NCBI GenBank assembly: GCA_964016885.1
Contig: CAXHJY010001110.1
Location: 7,908 to 71,907 of the forward strand
Length of the DNA: 64,000 nt
DNA from: Eledone cirrhosa
Lineage: Eukaryota
Direction: 5' to 3'
In this document: one piece after another, positions 54,701 to 64,000 of the stretch
Layout: each line of letters opens with the position of its first letter
Position numbering within the stretch: position 1 is the stretch's first letter
Position numbers and translations under genes: made by a program
Notes under the pieces: generated by a model
What the model was told of the DNA's origin: nothing
The model's database searches: none
What the model saw: the letters and a program-made list of their open reading frames with translations, nothing else

Positions 54701-57700
54701 ACTATCATCCAATATCGGACCTGCCAACCTCTGGTATACTACATTAGACACTATCATCCAATATCGGACCTGCCAACCTCTGGTATACTACATTAGACAC
54801 TATCATCCAATATCGGACCTGCCAACCTCTGGTGTAATACATTAGACACTATCATCCAATATCGGACTTGCCAACCTCTGGTGTAATACATTAGACACTA
54901 TCATCCAATATCGGACCTGCCAACCTCTGGTATACTACATTAGACACTATCATCCAATATCGGACCTGCCAACCTCTGGTATACTACATTAGACACTATC
55001 ATCCAATATCGGACTTGCCAACCTCTGGTGTAATACATTAGACACTATCATCCAATATCGGACCTGCCAACCTCTGGTATACTACATTAGACACTATCAT
55101 CCAATATCGGACCTGCCAACCTCTGGTGTAATACATTAGACACTATCATCCAATATCGGACCTGCCAACCTCTGGTGTAATACATTAGACACTATCATCC
55201 AATATCGGACCTGCCAACCTCTGGTGTAATACATTAGACACTATCATCCAATATCGGACCTGCCAACCTCTGGTATACTACATTAGACACTATCATCCAA
55301 TATCGGACCTGCCAACCTCTGGTGTAATACATTAGACACTATCATCCAATATCGGACCTGCCAACCGCTGGTATACTACATTAGACACTATCATCCAATA
55401 TCGGACCTGCCAACCTCTGGTATACTACATTAGACACTATCATCCAATATCGGACCTGCCAACCTCTGGTATACTACATTAGACACTATCATCCAATATC
55501 GGACCTGCCAACCTCTGGTGTAATACATTAGACACTATCATCCAATATCGGACCTGCCAACCTCTGGTATACTACATTAGACACTATCATCCAATATCGG
55601 ACCTGCCAACCTCTGGTATACTACATTAGACACTATCATCCAATATCGGACCTGCCAACCTCTGGTATACTACATTAGACACTATCATCCAATATCGGAC
55701 CTGCCAACCTCTGGTGTAATACATTAGACACTATCATCCAATATCGGACCTGCCAACCTCTGGTGTAATACATTAGACACTATCATCCAATATCGGACCT
55801 GCCAACCTCTGGTGTAATACATTAGACACTATCATCCAATATCGGACCTGCCAACGTCTGGTATACTACATTAGACACTATCATCCAATATCGGACCTGC
55901 CAACCTCTGGTATACTACAATAGACACTATCATCCAATATCGGACCTGCCAACCTCTGGTATACTACATTAGACACTATCATCCAATATCGGACCTGCCA
56001 ACCTCTGGTATACTACATTAGACACTATCATCCAATATCGGACCTGCCAACCTCTGGTATACTACATTAGACACTATCATCCAATATCGGACCTGCCAAC
56101 CTCTGGTGTAATACATTAGACACTATCATCCAATATCGGACCTGCCAACCTCTGGTATACTACATTAGACACTATCATCCAATATCGGACCTGCCAACCT
56201 CTGGTGTAATACATTAGACACTATCATCCAATATCGGACCTGCCAACCTCTGGTATACTACATTAGACACTATCATCCAATATCGGACCTGCCAACCTCT
56301 GGTATACTACATTAGACACTATCATCCAATATCGGACCTGCCAACCTCTGGAATACTACACTAGACACTATCATGCAATATCGGACCTGCCAACCTCTGG
56401 TGTAATACATTAGACACTATAATCCAATATCGGACCTGCCAACCTCTGGTATACTACATTAGACACTATCATCCAATATCGGACCTGCCAACCTCTGGTA
56501 TACTACATTAGACACTATCATCCAATATCGGACCTGCCAACCTCTGGTATACTACATTAGACACTATCATCCAATATCGGACCTGCCAACCTCTGGTATA
56601 ATACATTAGACACTATCATCCAATATCGGACCTGCCAACCTCTGGTATACTACATTAGACACTATCATCCAATATCGGACCTGTCAACCTCTGCTATACT
56701 ACATTAGACACTATCATCCAATATCGGACCTGCCAACCTCTGGTGTAATACATTAGACACTATCATCCAATATCGGACCTGCCAACCTCTGGTGTAATAC
56801 ATTAGACACTATCATCCAATATCGGACCTGCCAACCTCTGGTATACTACATTAGACACTATCATCCAATATCGGACCTGCCAACCTCTGGTATACTACAT
56901 TAGACACTATCATCCAATATCGGACCTGCCAACCTCTGGGTATACTACATTAGACACTATCATCCAATATCGGACCTGCCAACCTCTGGTATAATACATT
57001 AGACACTATCATCCAATATCGGACCTGCCAAACTCTGGTATACTACATTAGGACACTATCATCCAATATCGGACCTGCTCAACCTCTGCTATACTACATT
57101 AGACACTATCATCCAATATCGGACCTGCCAACCTCTGGTGTAATACATTAGACACTATCATCCAATATCGGACCTGCCAACCTCTGGTGTAATACATTAG
57201 ACACTATCATCCAATATCGGACCTGCCAACCTCTGGTGTAATACATTAGACACTATCATCCAATATCGGACCTGCCAACCTCTGGTATACTACATTAGAC
57301 ACTATCATCCAATATCGGACCTGCCAACCTCTGGTGTAATACATTAGACACTATCATCCAATATCGGACCTGCCAACCTCTGGTGTAATACAATAGACAC
57401 TATCATCCAATATCGGACCTGCCAACCTCTGGTATACTACATTAGACACTATCATCCAATATCGGACCTGCCAACCTCTGGTATACTACATTAGACACTA
57501 TCATCCAATATCGGACCTGCCAACCTCTGGTATACTACATTAGACACTATCATCCAATATCGGACCTGCCAACCTCTGGTATACTACATTAGACACTATC
57601 ATCCAATATCGGACCTGCCAACCTCTGGTGAAATACATTAGACACTATCATCCAATATCGGACCTGCCAACCTCTGGTATACTACATTAGACACTATCAT

Positions 57701-60700
57701 CCAATATCGGACCTGCCAACCTCTGGTGTAATACATAGACACTATCATCCAATATCGGACCTGCCAACCTCTGGTGTAATACATTAGACACTATCATCCA
57801 ATATCGGACCTGCCAACCTCTGGTGTAATACATTAGACACTATCATCCAATATCGGACCTGCCAACCTCTGGTATACTACATTAGACACTATCATCCAAT
57901 ATCGGACCTGCCAACCTCTGGTGTAATACATTAGACACTATCATCCAATATCGGACCTGCCAACCTCTGGTATACTACATTAGACACTATCATCCAATAT
58001 CGGACCTGCCAACCTCTGGTGTAATACATTAGACACTATCATCCAATATCGACCTGCCAACCTCTGGTATACTACATTAGACACTATCATCCAATATCGG
58101 ACCTGCCAACCTCTGGTATACTACATTAGACACTATATCCATATCGGACTGCCAACCTCTGGTGTAATACATTAGACACTATCATCCAATATCGGACCTG
58201 CCAACCTCTGGTATACTACATTAGACACTATCATCCAATATCGGACCTGCCAACCTCTGGTGTAATACATTAGACACTATCATCCAATATCGGACCTGCC
58301 AACCTCTGGTATAATACATTAGACACTATCATCCAATATCGGACCTGCCAACCTCTGGTGATACTACATTAGACACTATCATCCAATATCGGACCTGCCA
58401 ACCTCTGGTGTAATACATTAGACACTATCATCCAATATCGGACCTGCCAACCTCTGGTGTAATACATTAGACACTATCATCCAATATCGGACCTGCCAAC
58501 CTCTGGTGTTACTACATTAGACACTATCATCCAATATCGGACCTGCCAACCTCTGGTGTAATACATTAGACACTATCATCCAATATCGGACCTGCCAACC
58601 TCTGGTGTACTACATTAGACACTATCATCCAATATCGGACCTGCCAACCTCTGGTGTAATACATTAGACACTATCATCCAATATCGGACCTGCCAACCGC
58701 TGGTATACTACATTAGACACTATCATCCAATATCGGACCTGCCAACCTCTGGTATACTACATTAGGACACTATCATCCAATATCGGACCTGCCAACCTCT
58801 GGTTACTACATTAGACACTATCATCCAATATCGGACCTGCCAACCTCTGGTGTAATACATTAGACACTATCATCCAATATCGACCTGCAACCTCTGGTAT
58901 ACTACATTAGACACTATCATCCAATATCGGACCTGCCAACCTCTGGTATACTACATTAGACACTATCATCCAATATCGGACCTGCCAACCTCTGGTATAC
59001 TACATTAGACACTATCATCCAATATCGGACCTGCAACCTCTGGTGTAATACATTAGACACTATCATCCAATATCGGACCTGCCAACCTCTGGTGTAATAC
59101 ATTAGACACTATCATCCAATATCGGACCTGCCAACCTCTGGTGTAATACATTAGACACTATCATCCAATATCGGACCTGCCAACGTCTGGTATACTACAT
59201 TAGACACTATCATCCAATATCGGACCTGCCAACCTCTGGTATACTACATTAGACACTATCATCCAATATCGGACCTGCCAACCTCTGGTATACTACATTA
59301 GACACTATCATCCAATATCGGACCTGCCAACCTCTGGTATACTACATTAGACACTATCATCCAATATCGGACCTGCCAACCTCTGGTATACTACATTAGA
59401 CACTATCATCCAATATCGGACCTGCCAACCTCTGGTGTAATACATTAGACACTATCATCCAATATCGGACCTGCAACCTCTGGTATACTACATTAGACAC
59501 TATCATCCAATTCGGACCTGCCAACCTCTGGTGTAATACATTAGACACTATCATCCAATATCGGACCTGCCAACCTCTGGTATACTACATTAGACACTAT
59601 CATCCAATATCGGACCTGCCAACCTCTGGTATACTACATTAGACACTATCATCCAATATCGGACCTGCCAACCTCTGGAATACTACACTAGACACTATCA
59701 TGCAATATCGGACTCCTGCCAACCTCTGGTGTAATACATTAGACACTATAATCCAATATCGGACCTGCCAACCTCTGGTATACTACATTAGACACTATCA
59801 TCCAATATCGGACCTGCCAACCTCTGGTATACTACATTAGACACTATCATCCAATATCGGACCTGCCAACCTCTGGTATACTACATTAGACACTATCATC
59901 CAATATCGGACCTGCCAACCTCTGGTATACATACATTAGACACTATCATCCAATATCGGACCTGCCAACCTCTGGTATACTACATTAGACACTATCATCC
60001 AATATCGGACCTGTCAACCTCTGCTATACTACATTAGACACTATCATCCAATATCGGACCCTGCCAACCTCTGGTGTAATACATTAGACACTATCATCCA
60101 ATATCGGACCTGCCAACCTCTGGTGTAATACATTAGACACTATCATCCAATATCGGACCTGCCAACCTCTGGTTTACTACATTAGACACTATCATCCAAT
60201 ATCGGACCTGCCAACCTCTGGTATACTACATTAGACACTATCATCCAATATCGGACCTGCCAACCTCTGGTATACTACATTAGACACTATCATCCAATAT
60301 CGGACCTGCCAACCTCTGGTATAATACATTAGACACTATCATCCAATATCGGACCTGCCAAACTCTGGTAATACATTAGACACTATCATCCAATATCGGA
60401 CCTGTCAACCTCTGCTATACTACATTAGACACTATCATCCAATATCGGACCTGCCAACCTCTGGTGTAATACATTAGACACTATCATCCAATATCGGACC
60501 TGCCAACCTCTGGTGTAATACATTAGACACTATCATCCAATATCGGACCTGCCAACCTCTGGTGTAATACATTAGACACTATCATCCAATATCGGACCTG
60601 CCAACCTCTGGTGTAATACAATAGACACTATCATCCAATATCGGACCTGCCACCTCTGGTATACTACATTAGACACTATCATCCAATATCGGACCTGCCA

Positions 60701-63700
60701 ACCTCTGGTGTAATACATTAGACACTATCATCCAATATCGGACCTGCCAACCTCTGGTGTACTACATTAGACACTATCATCCAATATCGGACCTGCCAAC
60801 CTCTGGTATACTACATTAGACACTATCATCCAATATCGGACCTGCCAACCTCTGGTATACTACATTAGACACTATCATCCAATATCGGACCTGCCAACCT
60901 CTGGTATACTACATTAGACACTATCATCCAATATCGGACCTGCCAACCTCTGGTATACTACATTAGACACTATCATCCAATATCGGACCTGCCAACCTCT
61001 GGTGTACTACATTAGACACTATCATCCAATATCGGACCTGCCAACCTCTGGTATACTACATTAGACACTATCATCCAATATCGGACCTGCCAACCTCTGG
61101 TATAATACATTAGACACTATCATCCAATATCGGACCTGCCAACCTCTGGTGTAATACATTAGACACTATCATCCAATATCGACCTGCCAACCTCTGGTGT
61201 AATACATTAGACACTATCATCCAATATCGGACCTGTCAACCTCTGGTATACTACATTAGACACTATCATCCAATATCGGACCTGCCAACCTCTGGTGTAA
61301 TACATTAGACACTATCATCCAATATCGGACCTGCCAACCTCTGGTGTAATACATTAGACACTATCATCCAATATCGGACCTGCCAACCTCTGGTATACTA
61401 CATTAGACACTATCATCCAATATCGGACCTGCCAACCTCTGGTGTAATACATTAGACACTATCATCCAATATCGGACCTGCCAACCTCTGGTAATACATT
61501 AGACACTATCATCCAATATCGGACTGCCAACCTTCTGGTATAATACATTAGACACTATCATCCAATATCGGACCTGCCAACCTCTGGTATACTACATTAG
61601 ACACTATCATCAATCGGACTGCCACCTCTGATACATTAGACACTATCATCCAATATCGGACCTGCCAACCTCTGGTATAATACATTAGACACTATCATCC
61701 AATATCGGACCTGCCAACCTCTGGTGTAATACATTAGACACTATCATCCAATATCGGACCTGCCAACCTCTGGTGTAATACATTAGACACGATCATCCAA
61801 TATCGGACCTGCCAACCTCTGGTATACTACATTAGACACTATCATCCAATATCGGACCTGCCAACCTCTGGTGTAATACATTAGACACTATCATCCAATA
61901 TCGGACTTGCCAACCTCTGGTGTAACTACATTAGACACTATCATCCAATATCGGACCTGCCAACCTCTGGGTATACTACATTAGACACTATCATCCAATA
62001 TCGGACCTGCCAACCTCTGGTGTAATACATTAGACACTATCATCCAATATCGGACCTGCCAACCTCTGGTGTAATACATTAGACACTATCATCCCAATAT
62101 CGGACCTGCCAACCTCTGGTATACTACATTAGACACTATCATCCAATATCGTACCTGCCAACCTCTGGTATACTACATTAGACACTATCATCCAATATCG
62201 GACCTGCCAACCTCTGGTGTAATACATTAGACACTATCATCCAATATCGGACCTGCCAACCTCTGGTGTAATACATTAGACACTATCATCCAATATCGGA
62301 CCTGCAGCCTACCTCTGGTATACTACATTAGACACTATCATCCAATATCGGACCTGTCAACCTCTGGTGTAATACATTAGACACTATCATCCAATATCGG
62401 ACCTGCCAACCTCTGGTATACTACATTAGACACTATCATCCAATATCGGACCTGCCAACCTCTGGTGTAAATACATTAGACACTATCATCCAATATCGGA
62501 CCTGCCAACCTCTGGTGTAATACATTAGACACTATCATCCAATATCGGACCTGCCAACCTCTGGTGTAATACATTAGACACTATCATCCAATATCGGACC
62601 TGTCAACCTCTGTATACTACATTAGACACTATCATCCAATATCGGACCTGCCAACCTCTGGTATACTACATTAGACACTATCATCCAATATCGGACCTGC
62701 CAACCTCTGGTGTAATACATTAGACACTATCATCCAATATCGGACCTGCCAACCTCTGGTGTACTACATTCGACACTATCATCCAATATCGGACCTGCCA
62801 ACCTCTGGTGTAATACATTAGACACTATCAACCAATATCGACCTGCCAACCTCTGGTATACTACATTAGACACTATCATCCAATATCGGACCTGCCGAAC
62901 CTCTGGTATAATACATTAGACACTATCATCCAATATCGGACCTGCCAACCTCTGGTATACATACATTAGACACTATCATCCAATATCGGACCTGCCAACC
63001 TCTGGTATAATACATTAGACACTATCATCCAATATCGGACTGCCAACCTCTGTATACTACATTAGACACTATCATCCAATATCGGACCTGCCAACCTCTG
63101 GTGTAATACATTAGACACTATCATCCAATATCGGACCTGCCAACCTCTGGTATAATACATTAGACACTATCATCCAATATCGGACCTGCCAACCTCTGGT
63201 ATACTACATTAGACACTATCATCCAATATCGGACCTGCCAACCTCTGGTGAAATACATTAGACACTATCATCCAATATCGGACCTGCCAACCTCTGGTAT
63301 ACTACATTAGACACTATCATCCAATATCGGACCTGCCAACCTCTGGTGTAATACATTAGACACTATCATCCAATATCGGACCTGCCAACCTCTGGTGTAA
63401 TACATTAGACACTATCATCCAATATCGGACCTGCCAACCTCTGGTGTAATACATTAGACACTATCATCCAATATCGGACCTGCCAACCTCTGGTATACTA
63501 CATTAGACACTATCATCCAATATCGGACCTGCCAACCTCTGGTATAATACATTAGACACTATCATCCAATATCGGACCTGCCAACCTCTGGTATAATACA
63601 TTAGACACTATCATCCAATATCGGACCTGCCAACCTCTGGTATAATACATTAGACACTATCATCCAATATCGGACCTGCCAACCTCTGGTGTAATACATT

Positions 63701-64000
63701 AGACACTATCATCCAATATCGGACCTGCCAACCTCTGGTATACTACATTAGACACTATCATCCAATATCGGACCTGCCAACCTCTGGTGTAATACATTAG
63801 ACACTATCATCCAATATCGGACCTGCCAACCTCTGGTATACTACATTAGACACTATCATCCAATATCGGACCTGCCAACCTCTGGTGTAATACATTAGAC
63901 ACTATCATCCAATATCGGACCTGCCAACCTCTGGTGTAATACATTAGACACTATCATCCAATATCGGACCTGCCAACCTCTGGTGTAATACATTAGACAC
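21709..64000. repeat. 49-bp tandem satellite, ~860 copies, running off the window end
   Basis: Monomer ACATTAGACACTATCATCCAATATCGGACCTGCCAACCTCTGGT[GTAAT/ATACT]. The period of 49 was checked (CATTAGACAC at 21721 and 21770). Single orientation with no visible insertions. Confidence 0.99.

Noticed and set aside
56900-63100. Rising density of 1-3 bp indels in the distal satellite
   Set aside because: Scattered unique indels and blended variants look like low-coverage long-read consensus error rather than biological decay.
21709-64000. CRISPR-like array or coding tandem repeat
   Set aside because: There are no unique spacers and no cas genes, the context is eukaryotic, the period is not a multiple of 3, and no ORFs were reported.

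Overview
AT-rich eukaryotic DNA, probably from an octopod cephalopod (inferred from the SINE/RTE repeat types and long (TA)n tracts, not verified). The window has three zones. (1) 1-16 kb is a rearranged, repeat-dense locus with an intronless 869-aa gene (signal-like N-terminus, PAN/apple-like module, long coiled coil, two C-type lectin domains). A truncated paralog differs from it almost only by amino-acid-changing substitutions. This zone also has an inverted segmental duplication carrying reciprocal RTE insertions, and a hAT element with a nested Helentron-like element. (2) 16.4-21.7 kb holds palindromic Penelope-like pieces, including a minimal type I hammerhead motif. It also holds a compact cassette largely missed by the ORF track: a spliced SGNH hydrolase with 55/57-bp introns, a convergent 119-aa ORF, and a GC-rich core between ~185-bp inverted arms. 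(3) 21.7-64 kb is a single 49-bp satellite of about 860 copies. It starts 6 bp after the right inverted arm, has two main variants and shows irregular multi-kb higher-order blocks.
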